From Bacillota bacterium (GTDB lineage: Bacteria; Bacillota; UBA4882; UBA8346), in assembly GCA_023436305.1 (NCBI GenBank), contig JAEZJQ010000016.1:8536-72535 (forward strand): DNA of 64,000 nt, read 5' to 3'. Under the pieces are notes generated by a model, which did no database searches, had not been told where the DNA came from, and was given only the letters and a program-made list of their open reading frames with translations. Positions within the stretch are counted from its first letter, which is position 1, and each line of letters starts with the position of its first letter. This document shows positions 46,614-56,152 of the stretch, piece by piece. A program made the translations under genes and the position numbers.

Positions 46614-47432
46614 ATGCGGAATCTCTGGAAAGGGGCCATAAGTTTCGGGCTGGTGAATGTCCCGGTGAAGCTTTATACCGCCACCGAAAAAAAGGAGATT
46701 AAATTCAATTATCTTCATGAAAAATGCAAAACCCCCATCAAATATGAACGGCGCTGTCCCACCTGCAATGTGGAGGTTTCTTCGGAAGAGATCGTCTGGG
46801 GTTATGAATTTGAAAAAGGGCAATATGTGGTTTTAAAAGAGGAAGATTTCGCCAAAATTCCCGATGAGGGCGGCAAGACTATCGATATCGTCGATTTTGT
46901 CGATCTACAGGAAATCGATCCCATCTACTTTGAAAAAAGCTATTATCTGGAACCCGCTCAGGGCGGCGAAAAAGCTTACGCTCTTTTAAAAAGAGCCATG
47001 CGGGAGACAGGAAAAATCGCCGTCGCCAAAGTGATTATTCGCTCCAAGGAATCCCTGGCCGTGCTCCGGGTATACCAGAATGCGCTACTGATGGCTGTAA
47101 TTTTCTACCCCGATGAAATCCGCGCCACCACCGGACTCACCGGCATCCAAACCGAACCGGCGCTCCATGATAACGAGATTAAAATGGCCAACAATTTGAT
47201 CGCCAATCTCTCCAGCCATTTCGATCCCCAAAAATATACCAACCGTTACCGGGAAGACTTAATGGCCGTAATCCAAAGCAAAATCAGCGGTGGCGAAATC
47301 ACCCAAACCCCGGGACGCGAAACCGGCAAGATCATCGATCTCATGGAAGCCTTACGCGCCAGTATCGCTGCCACCGAAAAGCAGCCACCGGAGAAGCCCG
47401 CCAAAACTCGGGAGAGGATTAAAACCGGCTAG
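46614..47432 (+). CDS. ku: Ku protein (non-homologous end joining)
   Basis: MRNLWKGAISFGLVNVPVKLYTAT... Ku core, basic C-terminal tail. Confidence 0.9.
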   Translation: MRNLWKGAISFGLVNVPVKLYTATEKKEIKFNYLHEKCKTPIKYERRCPTCNVEVSSEEIVWGYEFEKGQYVVLKEEDFAKIPDEGGKTIDIVDFVDLQEIDPIYFEKSYYLEPAQGGEKAYALLKRAMRETGKIAVAKVIIRSKESLAVLRVYQNALLMAVIFYPDEIRATTGLTGIQTEPALHDNEIKMANNLIANLSSHFDPQKYTNRYREDLMAVIQSKISGGEITQTPGRETGKIIDLMEALRASIAATEKQPPEKPAKTRERIKTG

Positions 47433-47475
47433 AAGTCTGTGCGAGTAACACTTTTTAATAGCTTCACAGACTCCT
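47432..47475. repeat. Hairpin repeat element, short copy
   Basis: GAAGTCTGTG-cgagtaacactttttaatagctt-CACAGACTCC. Both arms and the first 23 loop nt recur at 59701-59813. Confidence 0.7.
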
Positions 47476-47616
47476 AGTCTAAAATGGCATTAACCCGGTG
47501 TCACTTCACCGCCAATTTACGCCTTGGCCATTTCCGGCGATTTCATAAAAGAAGACATTGAGTATAATATTCATCGCTTGTTTCCCATTCGACTCATAAA
47601 TGACTTTACCGGCATT

Positions 47617-48114
47617 TTACGATGTCCCTTCCTTCAGCCATTTAAAATTAAATCGGGGAATTTTGGAATCGGTAGTTATTTTTACCGATAAAACTTTATA
47701 AAAAAACTTTCCACCCGGCGCTTCAACGGCAATATTATCTCCTATTTTTCTTAAAAGTAACGCTTTACCCATGGGCGATAAAAATGAAATATCATTTATA
47801 TCGATTTTTGGCTTAAGCGGCGAAATCAATTTGTAACGATAGGTTTTACAGCTATCGGCATCCTCGACCATCACCTCACTGCCGATAACGACATAAGGAA
47901 AATCGTTGTTTGCCGTTTCCACGGTTGAAATATTACGAATCATATCTCCAAGTCGCCCTATATAATCATTCAAAATCCATTTTACTTCATCGGCTTCTTT
48001 GGATGGTTCGGGAAAAAAATCATCCATTATGCGATAAATTCCCTCTTCAATTTCCAACAAGTTGGCAAGTAACGAATCAAAGGCATCTTTTGTCAAAAAA
48101 ATGGGTTGATTCAT
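47617..48114 (-). CDS. GreA/GreB-family C-terminal-domain protein
   Basis: VVIGSEVMVED...YKLISP...ISFLSPMGKALLLRKIGDNIAVEAPGG matches the GreA C-terminal domain. The N-terminal half is not a canonical coiled coil. Confidence 0.7.
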   Translation of the reverse strand: MNQPIFLTKDAFDSLLANLLEIEEGIYRIMDDFFPEPSKEADEVKWILNDYIGRLGDMIRNISTVETANNDFPYVVIGSEVMVEDADSCKTYRYKLISPLKPKIDINDISFLSPMGKALLLRKIGDNIAVEAPGGKFFYKVLSVKITTDSKIPRFNFKWLKEGTS

Positions 48115-48288
48115 CGGTAACTCCTTTCATAATTCATATTTTGGGGGAAATATATAATTCCAAATATGGTGTATACAACCATTCTGATTGTCGATACTTG
48201 TATATAAATAATTTTCAATTGTTCATGAATACTACAAATCGAATATACAAAAACCATTTAATGTAAAAGAGGTATAAATAAAACACAA

Positions 48289-48315
48289 GGACATTTCGTC
48301 CAAAGACGAATGTCC
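48289..48315. terminator. Hairpin in a non-coding AT-rich stretch
   Basis: GGACATTTCGTC-caaa-GACGAATGTCC (one bulged T). On the minus strand it is followed by TTGTGTTTTATTT. Confidence 0.4.
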
Positions 48316-48970
48316 TCTTTAAATATTAAAATATCTATTTTGTGAAAAATTATCTTATAAAAGCGCAGGAACATTTTAATGAAACAAAATGCCATTGGTA
48401 ATATTCTATCATAATATACAGCGGTTGTAAATAGTGGAATCGTATTCCTTTTAATTGAAATGCATAAATTAAATGGATTCAGTTCAATTAAATGGTTTTC
48501 TATGACTCAACGATTACCGGTGAAAGCCTTTAATTTCAGAGCTTTTTTGATTCTATCATCGCTGCGAAATCCAAGTAGCCATAATTAGTATTGACTCTGG
48601 CCATAAAACTCCGAATGATTTTTTCATTCAATCAAATATAGCCTCTTTTTAATTGAATACTTTAAAGCTAAGCTTCAGGTAGTTTTTTAGTCAACCACTG
48701 AAGTACTTCGGCCGATGCCAGACCAAATATCGAAGTTGATATAAAATGGGAAACCACATTTTACCAAGGAACTTTTTGCATCAATGGCAATTTATCCATC
48801 AAACCGACGGCAAAAATGGCAAGCCATAACCCAATCGCAACAGGTTCTATTAAAAAGAAAAAGGCGGGACCGTCAAATACTTTTCCCATGGCAAGGAATA
48901 GAATCTCTTCCAGGACCAAAACGGTTATCAACGGAATGTGTACGGAATTACCTTCCGCAAATATCAATGT

Positions 48971-49003
48971 AAAAAGCCAGCTCTTTACAGATCTGGCTTT
49001 TTA
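48971..49003. terminator. Bidirectional terminator
   Basis: AAAAAGCCAG-ctctttacagat-CTGGCTTTTT, with A/T runs on both sides. Confidence 0.6.
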
Positions 49004-49145
49004 TATGACTAGGCGCACCAGCACGATTAACTTTACGAGCAATTATATTTCAATATATCAACCTCTGGTAAAGGATGTGAAATTCATCATACATACAGCC
49101 TACTTTTGTCACCTGTACATAATAAATTTTATCGATGGAAAGATA

Positions 49146-49772
49146 CTAATGCTGGTGCGGCTTTGTTTTTACAACTCCCTCATCGCCATGAGCAGTCTCA
49201 CTGATAAGAATATGGATTTGTTCCACATAATGCACATATTCCACATAAGCTTCCACATACTCCCTGCCGGCACTGGCACTGTCATTGGCATGTTTTTTCT
49301 TCTCCAGGACTTGCTGAAAACGTTTCCTGATTCCTTCTTCCGCCTTATTGGCGATTTCCTTGGATAATTCATCAACTTTTCCAGTGGCTAAAGCCCGGTC
49401 ACTTGCCGCGACCACCGGTTCAACCGTTCCGGCGGGTTTTAGTCCACTATACGGCGCGCCTTCTCCCGCGCGGTGCAACCGGATCAGGGTTTCAAAGAAA
49501 TAATTATCAGCCAGTTCTTTTGCTTCCGGTCCCTTGACTCTAACTGTTAATGTTTTTTGGAAAACCGCCCGGATTTCATTCTCATATTCTTTTTGGACCC
49601 ATTTGAGCACCGGAGTGACCTCTTTTTGCTCGAGAGCCTTTCTAGCTTCCGTGACCACAGGACCATCCAAAGCATCGCAATGCGCTTCCGTTTTTAACGG
49701 GATCAGGGCCAAACTACCAACGAAAACAATGACTACGAATAAACTTTTTAAAAATCTTTTGTTGTTTGTCAT
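49146..49772 (-). CDS. Secreted protein with HCDxxDGPV motif (DUF6448-like)
   Basis: Signal peptide ...LALIPLKTEA-HCDALDGPVV. His-rich C-terminus. The family name is from memory only. Confidence 0.5.
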   Translation of the reverse strand: MTNNKRFLKSLFVVIVFVGSLALIPLKTEAHCDALDGPVVTEARKALEQKEVTPVLKWVQKEYENEIRAVFQKTLTVRVKGPEAKELADNYFFETLIRLHRAGEGAPYSGLKPAGTVEPVVAASDRALATGKVDELSKEIANKAEEGIRKRFQQVLEKKKHANDSASAGREYVEAYVEYVHYVEQIHILISETAHGDEGVVKTKPHQH

Positions 49773-49840
49773 CGAAAGAATCTCCCTTCATAATGTATTC
49801 TTATTATTAGCTTTCATGGTTTAATAATAGAGTATTATAA

Positions 49841-49870
49841 AGAAAAAAACTGTGAGGCGGATCACAGTTT
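49841..49870 (-). terminator. Rho-independent terminator
   Basis: Minus strand reads AAACTGTGA-tccgcc-TCACAGTTT followed by TTTTTCT. Confidence 0.65.
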
Positions 49871-50052
49871 TAAAAATTCTTCTTTTAAATAAACTGTTTA
49901 TTGAATTGTCATGTTCTTCATCGTCCAAATCGGGTTAATCCGATAAAAAAGAAGCAAGATTTGTATGGAATTGCTGATGTGATAAAAAATAATAACGGCC
50001 ATGATACCATGAACGTTACTTTTTTTTACCTGCTTACGAACCGGGGTATATA

Positions 50053-50247
50053 TTAGTAACGACAATGAACTCGGTTTAATTCATCCAAAACCGGGTTCTT
50101 CTCCGTGACCAACAGGGCTTCTCCAAGAAATGCCCTGGCGGTGGCTTCATAAGAAGCCGGTTCTTCACTGTCCGCCAGCAATTGTTTCAGGTAATCCCAT
50201 TGTAATTGTAAACGAAGTTGGATAATACGCCCGTCGCTTTTTGACAT
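50053..50247 (-). CDS. Hypothetical small protein (64 aa)
   Basis: GAGG RBS 6 nt upstream of the ATG. No motif recognised. Confidence 0.35.
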   Translation of the reverse strand: MSKSDGRIIQLRLQLQWDYLKQLLADSEEPASYEATARAFLGEALLVTEKNPVLDELNRVHCRY

Positions 50248-50415
50248 ATTCGCCTCACATTGGTAATGGTTGCCACGATAAATAGTTCATTCGGTTGTTC
50301 CATAGCCTTTCGTTACAATACCCATCATGTTCGCGTTAGTTTACCAAAGAAATTCTTGATTCATCTTCTAAATCCTTCTTAGAAAATACGGCATTTTCAT
50401 TTATAATCCGAAATT

Positions 50416-50880
50416 TTACCGGCCCTCGGAGATCTCATCCGGTAATTCATTAACATCCCCGGCCAGACACGGGTAATAACGGGCCAGATTTTCCCCGGCC
50501 AACCGAATCCCCAGACAGACTCCCTCTAGAAATTTACCGGCACGGAATAATTGTTCCATCCCGGCTTTGGTTTCATCCCAAAAACCGGACGGCACTGCCC
50601 GGTGAATCCCCTCATCACCGATGATCGCGAATTTCCGGTCCTTAACCGCCAAATAAATTAAGACTCCGTTATGCAACTCGGTATTGGCCATGCCTAAATT
50701 TTTGAATACCGTTTCCGCTCTGACCACCGGATCAATACCAGAACAGCTTTCAACATGCACCCGGATCTCCCCTGATGTATTTTTTTCAGCATCACCGATA
50801 GCGTTCAGGATGGCTTCTTTTTCCCGGGCTTTAAAAAAACTTCGTGTATGAATGATCTGAAACAAATTATTCCCTCCCAC
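50416..50880 (-). CDS. TPM-domain protein (soluble)
   Basis: EIRVHVES...NGVLIYLAVKDRKFAIIGDEGIH is a TPM_phosphatase pattern. Confidence 0.75.
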   Translation of the reverse strand: MGGNNLFQIIHTRSFFKAREKEAILNAIGDAEKNTSGEIRVHVESCSGIDPVVRAETVFKNLGMANTELHNGVLIYLAVKDRKFAIIGDEGIHRAVPSGFWDETKAGMEQLFRAGKFLEGVCLGIRLAGENLARYYPCLAGDVNELPDEISEGR

Positions 50881-51651
50881 CTACCAACTTCCACCGGCGC
50901 CACCGCCACCAAAACCGCCTCCACCGCCCCTGAAACCGCTGCCGGAACCACCCGAAAAGCCACCGCCTCCACCGCCCCAGAACCACGGTTCACTGTAACC
51001 CCGCCGGATGCGCCGGTTATTGCGGGAATTTCCAAACAATGAAGAGATCACAAACAACAACACGATGATAATTATCAGCGGCAATGACGACCGGCCTGTT
51101 TTGGGCTGAACGGGCATTTCGGATATTTGGCCGGTTGGCAGCTGATAATCGGGAGTAATTGCCGTAATTAAAGCATAAACTCCGGCGGCAATCCCCGAAT
51201 TATAATCACCCGCTTTAAAATAAGGAGTGATCTGCTCCCGGTAAATCGTTCCCGCTTTGCCGTCCGGTACTTGCTCCTCAAGCCCATAACCGACTTCAAT
51301 TCTGATTTTTCGATCCTGCAAGGCCACCATTAAAATAATCCCGTTATCTTTGCCTTTTTGGCCGGGTTTATTTAAACTAAACAAGCTTTCGGTAAAATCA
51401 ATATAGTCTTCCCCTTCCAGACTGGGGACAGTTACCACTAAAATCTGGTTACTCGTTTGTTTGTCATATTCCGAGAGTAAATAGGAAAGCTGATCACGGG
51501 TAGTTTCCGAAAGAATCCCGGCTTGATCGGTAACATATTCCCGGATCGTAAACGGTTTCAGCCCAAAGGCCGCAACACTTACCGCCAATATGAAAATAGC
51601 GGCCAATACTATCGCTAGCCCATATTTAAGTGGGCGAATTCGTTTTAACAT
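50881..51651 (-). CDS. TPM-domain protein, YgcG-like, with TM segment and Gly-rich tail
   Basis: N-terminal signal/TM, NGIILMVALQDRKIRIEVGYGLE TPM core, second TM segment, tail GGGGGGFSGGSGSGFRGGGGGFGGGGAGGSW. Confidence 0.8.
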   Translation of the reverse strand: MLKRIRPLKYGLAIVLAAIFILAVSVAAFGLKPFTIREYVTDQAGILSETTRDQLSYLLSEYDKQTSNQILVVTVPSLEGEDYIDFTESLFSLNKPGQKGKDNGIILMVALQDRKIRIEVGYGLEEQVPDGKAGTIYREQITPYFKAGDYNSGIAAGVYALITAITPDYQLPTGQISEMPVQPKTGRSSLPLIIIIVLLFVISSLFGNSRNNRRIRRGYSEPWFWGGGGGGFSGGSGSGFRGGGGGFGGGGAGGSW

Positions 51652-51732
51652 TAAAACCTCCAGGCGTAATATCTAAGTCTCATCGACGAGAAAGCCGATT
51701 GGCGAGAAAACTATTCAGTAACTCTCAGTAAC

Positions 51733-52311
51733 TCATTCACCGAAATCAACCGTGGGATTTTCTTTGGCGGTTTGCGGCACCTCAAAATAATCCCTGGCGG
51801 ATAATCCCATCATCCCAGCCACAATACTCCCCGGGAACATAACGATTTTTTTATTATAACCTCCGACCAGATCGTTATACCGCTTTCGTTCCAACGCTAA
51901 CCGGTTCTCAGTTCCAGCCAGTTCATCCATGAGTTTGTTAAATTGTTCATTGGCTTTTAACTGGGGGTAATTCTCCACCACCATTAACAAACGCCCCAAA
52001 GCCGCTTCAAAATTACTGTTGGCCGCCGATTTTTCCTTCATGGAACCCGCTTGCATCAATTGATTCCGGGCATTATTCAAATTAGTGAAGACATCTTTTT
52101 CATGTTTAGCGTAGCCTTTCACGGTATTCACCAGATTGGGAATTAAATCATGACGCCGCAGCAACATATTATCGACCTGTTTAAGCTGGTTGTCAACATC
52201 GATTCCAGCCGATTTAAAACCATTGGAATAACTGATATACATTCCAAATGGAATAACAATTAATAAAATAATGATTACCAATACCACTAACCAGCCCATC
52301 GACTTATTCAT
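51733..52311 (-). CDS. lemA: LemA-family protein
   Basis: N-terminal TM segment, RRHDLIPNLV...YAKHEK...ENYPQLKANEQF...LEGTENR-type blocks. Confidence 0.88.
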   Translation of the reverse strand: MNKSMGWLVVLVIIILLIVIPFGMYISYSNGFKSAGIDVDNQLKQVDNMLLRRHDLIPNLVNTVKGYAKHEKDVFTNLNNARNQLMQAGSMKEKSAANSNFEAALGRLLMVVENYPQLKANEQFNKLMDELAGTENRLALERKRYNDLVGGYNKKIVMFPGSIVAGMMGLSARDYFEVPQTAKENPTVDFGE

Positions 52312-52378
52312 CGATATCCCTCCACTGTAATATTAGTATTTGTAACGGAATCAATGGCTGAAAGTTTCATTGCCCAAA

Positions 52379-53443
52379 TTAATTGCGTAACGCTTCCACG
52401 ATATATTTGGTCAAATCTGCTTTTAAATCGATATCCACCGGTTCCGGAATACTCTCCCCGTCTTTATTAAAAATCACTTTGACCTGCGGACGGGCGGGTA
52501 AATCCTCATAGATCTTCACCACCACCGCTTTTTCTCCTGTATTCAGCAACACGGTTGATCCCACCGGAAAGGGCGCTACTCTTTGCAGGAAAATCCGGCT
52601 GAATTCCGGATCGTAACGGTTCTTTCCTTTATCACGGATGAACTCAATGGTTTCATGCGGCAAAAAACGTTTCCGGTAAATCCGGTCGGTGGACAGTGAA
52701 TCAAATACGTCGGCCAGGGATACGATTCGGGCAAACTCATGAATCATATTCCCTTTCAGTCCACGCGGATAACCGGAACCGTCATAATTTTCATGATGCT
52801 GCCAGGCAACATGAGCTGAAACTTTCGGAATCAGTTCATTATTACTTAATGATTCGTACCCAAAAATGGTATGTTTCTGAATCTCCAAATATTCCATGGG
52901 AGTTAGCGGGCTGGTTTTGTTCAAGATCCGGTCGGGAACGAACACTTTGCCGATATCATGCAAAATAGCCCCAATCCCTAATTCTTTTAATTTCTGATAT
53001 CCGAAATTGGCCATGATCCCCACCAGCAGCGATAGGATACATACGGCAATGCTGTGGGAAAATGTATAATCGTTCATCGCCCTAACATCAACCAGGCTAT
53101 AAATAACATGTCGGTTGGCAATCAGTTCTTCCATCATCCGGCCCACAGTTTCCACGATTTTACCGCTGTCCCAGCCGTGTTCGTTCTTAAGGTTGGTCAT
53201 GGTTTCCTTGACGATTTTAGTGGCGTCGATCCGGGTTTGAACCGTCACCAGTTCATCCACCTCAATTCTGCCGATTTTATCGTCAATAATATATACCGAT
53301 GCCACTCCCAATTCTTTTAAACGCTCGATATATCTAACCGTTAACGGCATCCCTTCGGTTAATAAGACATTCCCTTCAGCCGAGTAAACGTTTTTAGCAA
53401 TTCGCATCTCTTCCTTAACATTGTCAACGGACAATAAACGCAT
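52379..53443 (-). CDS. HD-GYP domain protein, paralog 2
   Basis: HSIAV...LHDIGKV...HHENYDGSGYPRGL. Start moved to ATG 53443 (GGGGAGG RBS), which removes the overlap with dtd and aligns with the N-terminus of paralog 13128-14168. Confidence 0.85.
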   Translation of the reverse strand: MRLLSVDNVKEEMRIAKNVYSAEGNVLLTEGMPLTVRYIERLKELGVASVYIIDDKIGRIEVDELVTVQTRIDATKIVKETMTNLKNEHGWDSGKIVETVGRMMEELIANRHVIYSLVDVRAMNDYTFSHSIAVCILSLLVGIMANFGYQKLKELGIGAILHDIGKVFVPDRILNKTSPLTPMEYLEIQKHTIFGYESLSNNELIPKVSAHVAWQHHENYDGSGYPRGLKGNMIHEFARIVSLADVFDSLSTDRIYRKRFLPHETIEFIRDKGKNRYDPEFSRIFLQRVAPFPVGSTVLLNTGEKAVVVKIYEDLPARPQVKVIFNKDGESIPEPVDIDLKADLTKYIVEALRN

Positions 53444-53534
53444 AATTTTTTCGGCCTCCCCGGGTCGCCATATAATTAATTCGCCTATCGTTGAAAATTG
53501 TTCCTTGTCGCCCCGCCGGTAAATTGTCCCCCAA

Positions 53535-53984
53535 TTAAAACTGCCGTTTACTATCCACCAAAATCGTAACCGGACCGTCATTGATGATTTCAACCATCAT
53601 ATGACTCCGGAAACGCCCTTTCGCCACATTCAATCCTAGTTTCAAAATTGCTTCACAAAAGGTTTCGTAAAATTTTTCGGCGGCTTCGGGCGCCGCCGCT
53701 CCGGTGAAATCCGGCCGCCGCCCTTTACGGCAATCCCCGTATAATGTAAACTGGGAAACTACCAATACAGGCAACCTCAATTCCAAAGCCGAACAATTCA
53801 TCTTCCCGTCCTTATCGCTAAAAACTCTTAGATTCACAATTTTCTCCGCCAAATAAAGCGCATCATCCCTTTGGTCCTCATTTCCGACCCCCAGCAATAC
53901 TAACAACCCTGGGCCAATTTCACCGGTCACCTCGCCGCCAACAGTCACCTTACTATGTTCCACCCGTTGAACCACTGCTCTCAT
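53535..53984 (-). CDS. dtd: D-aminoacyl-tRNA deacylase
   Basis: MRAVVQRV...[10 protein letters not shown]...SQFTLYGD...GRRP.F. Confidence 0.93.
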   Translation of the reverse strand: MRAVVQRVEHSKVTVGGEVTGEIGPGLLVLLGVGNEDQRDDALYLAEKIVNLRVFSDKDGKMNCSALELRLPVLVVSQFTLYGDCRKGRRPDFTGAAAPEAAEKFYETFCEAILKLGLNVAKGRFRSHMMVEIINDGPVTILVDSKRQF

Positions 53985-53994
53985 ATGCTTTCTC

Positions 53995-56145
53995 CTATTT
54001 TACAACCCGGCTCATCCGGTACACCCGGTGGACGCCTTCGACTTTTTTGACCCGTTTGAAAATGGATTGAATTTGATCGGAATGAGTGATTTCCAGCGTA
54101 AGGTTAATAAAAGCCGTACCTTTTTTAGTCCGGGCCTTGGCGGCATTGAGATAAAGATTCATCTCCGAAATGGCATTCATGATATCCGTTAACAAGTTAA
54201 CCCGGTCTGAGCCTTCAATCTCAATATCCACCGGGAATGTCCCCTTCACTTCCCGATCCCATTCCACCTCGATGATCCGTTCTTGCTCTTCCCCGGCTAA
54301 GTTGGGACAATCGATCCGGTGAACGGAAACCCCTTTTCCGCGAGTGACAAAACCGATGATTTGGTCCCCGGGAACCGGATTGCAGCATTTGGAGAAACGG
54401 ACCAATAAATTTTCAACCCCTTTGACCCTGACCCCTTGCCCCGAACGGTGAGGACGGCGCTTCACCTCCGGTTCCGGTTTCAGGTCCGGTTCGGCTTCCT
54501 TTTCAATGCCCAATTTTCCGATGACCATATTGGGGGTTATTTTTAAATCGCCTACAGCGGCCAGTAAATCATGAACATTACTAAAGCCGAGCTTTTTGGC
54601 GGCTTCCAGCAGCACTTCCAACCGTAAGTTTTCATGCACCTCATAATTTTGTTTACGAAGTTCACGTTCAATTAATTCCCGGCCAATTTGAATATTTTCT
54701 TCGCGAAACTGTTCGCGCAGCCATTGCCGGATTCGGTTTTTAGCCTTGGATGTCTTGACAAACTGCAGCCAATCCCGGCTAGGCCCGGCATCCTGTTTGG
54801 AACTTATAATCTGAACAATATCGCCATTCTTTAATTGATAATCCAGCGGAACCAGCCGGTTGTTAACTTTAGCGCCGGAACACTGATGTCCTAGGGTGGT
54901 GTGAATACTATAAGCCAAATCTACCGGGGTGGAACCGGCCGGCAAACTTTTAACATCGCCTTTCGGCGTAAAAACAAACACTTCATCCACGAATAAACCG
55001 ATCTTTAGCGTTTCCATAAACTCTTCGGAGTCTTTCATTTCGCCTTGCCATTCGATCAGATGCCGCAGCCAAGCGATTTTCTCGTGGAACTCCTTACCAT
55101 CGGGGCCTTCTTTATAGATCCAGTGGGCCGCGATACCGTATTCGGCGGTACGGTGCATCTCCCAAGTCCGGATCTGAATCTCCAGCGGTTCTCCGTCGGG
55201 GCCTATCACGGTGGTGTGAAGTGATTGATACATGTTGGATTTGGGCATGGCCACATAATCTTTAAAGCGGCCCGGCATCGGTTTCCATAAAGTATGGACG
55301 ATTCCCAGAACCTCGTAACAGTCCTGCACCGTGGACACAATCACCCGCAAACCCATTAAATCATATATTTCGGAGAACTCCTTACTCTGCTCCTGCATTT
55401 TTTCATAAATACTGTAAAAATGTTTCGGCCGTCCCTGGACCTCCGCTTTCATCTCAATTTCGGTCAAAGCCCGTTGAAGGGTTTGCTTCACTTCATTGAT
55501 ATAGACTTCGCGTTCCAGTCGTTTTTTAGCGACTTTGGAGACCAAATTGTAATAGACTTCGGGTTCCAAATAGCGTAGCGCCAGATCTTCCAGTTCCCAC
55601 TTTATTTTCCACATCCCCAGCCGGTGGGTCAAGGGAGCGTATATCTCTAGAGTTTCCCGGGCGATACTGCGCTGTCTCTCCTCGGGTAACGGTTTTAAAG
55701 TCCGCATATTATGAAGACGGTCGGCCAATTTAATGATAATGACCCGTAAATCCTGGGTCATGGCCAAAAACATCTTCCGTAAATTCTCCATTTGTTGTTC
55801 TTGCTTGTTTTGGAACGCCAACCGGCTGAGTTTTGTTACTCCATCCACTAATACCGCGACTTCTTTCCCGAATTTCTTTTGAATCTGTTCAATCCCGGTT
55901 TCAGTGTCTTCCACCACATCGTGGAGCAGGGCAGCAATAATTGAAGTGATATCCATTCCCAAGTCGTAAACGATTTGCGCCACTTCCAGCGGATGAATTA
56001 TATAATCCTCCCCGGATTCCCGCTTCTGGCCTTGATGCGCCCAAGCCGCAAAATCATAAGCTGATTTGATTTTGACTACATCGGAATCAGGTTTGGTTTC
56101 ACCAATTTTTTCGAGTAAGGTTTCGATGGCGGCCTTCTGGAACAA
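53995..56145 (-). CDS. relA: Bifunctional (p)ppGpp synthetase/hydrolase
   Basis: HD hydrolase (HPLEVA...LLHDVVEDT), RelA/SpoT synthetase (YQSLHTTV), TGS and ACT domains, 716 aa. Confidence 0.95.
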   Translation of the reverse strand: MFQKAAIETLLEKIGETKPDSDVVKIKSAYDFAAWAHQGQKRESGEDYIIHPLEVAQIVYDLGMDITSIIAALLHDVVEDTETGIEQIQKKFGKEVAVLVDGVTKLSRLAFQNKQEQQMENLRKMFLAMTQDLRVIIIKLADRLHNMRTLKPLPEERQRSIARETLEIYAPLTHRLGMWKIKWELEDLALRYLEPEVYYNLVSKVAKKRLEREVYINEVKQTLQRALTEIEMKAEVQGRPKHFYSIYEKMQEQSKEFSEIYDLMGLRVIVSTVQDCYEVLGIVHTLWKPMPGRFKDYVAMPKSNMYQSLHTTVIGPDGEPLEIQIRTWEMHRTAEYGIAAHWIYKEGPDGKEFHEKIAWLRHLIEWQGEMKDSEEFMETLKIGLFVDEVFVFTPKGDVKSLPAGSTPVDLAYSIHTTLGHQCSGAKVNNRLVPLDYQLKNGDIVQIISSKQDAGPSRDWLQFVKTSKAKNRIRQWLREQFREENIQIGRELIERELRKQNYEVHENLRLEVLLEAAKKLGFSNVHDLLAAVGDLKITPNMVIGKLGIEKEAEPDLKPEPEVKRRPHRSGQGVRVKGVENLLVRFSKCCNPVPGDQIIGFVTRGKGVSVHRIDCPNLAGEEQERIIEVEWDREVKGTFPVDIEIEGSDRVNLLTDIMNAISEMNLYLNAAKARTKKGTAFINLTLEITHSDQIQSIFKRVKKVEGVHRVYRMSRVVK

Positions 56146-56152
56146 TGAAGTT

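Noticed and set aside
48761-48967. A 68-aa membrane-like ORF.
   Set aside because: It starts directly at a terminator hairpin and has no RBS. The hydrophobic reading continues in another frame after its stop. I treat it as probable gene debris (see the finding at 48115-50415).
50508-50525. CAGACAGACTCCCTCTAG resembles the right arm of the hairpin element (CACAGACTCCTAG).
   Set aside because: It lies inside the TPM-domain coding sequence and has no matching left arm nearby. It is most likely coincidence.
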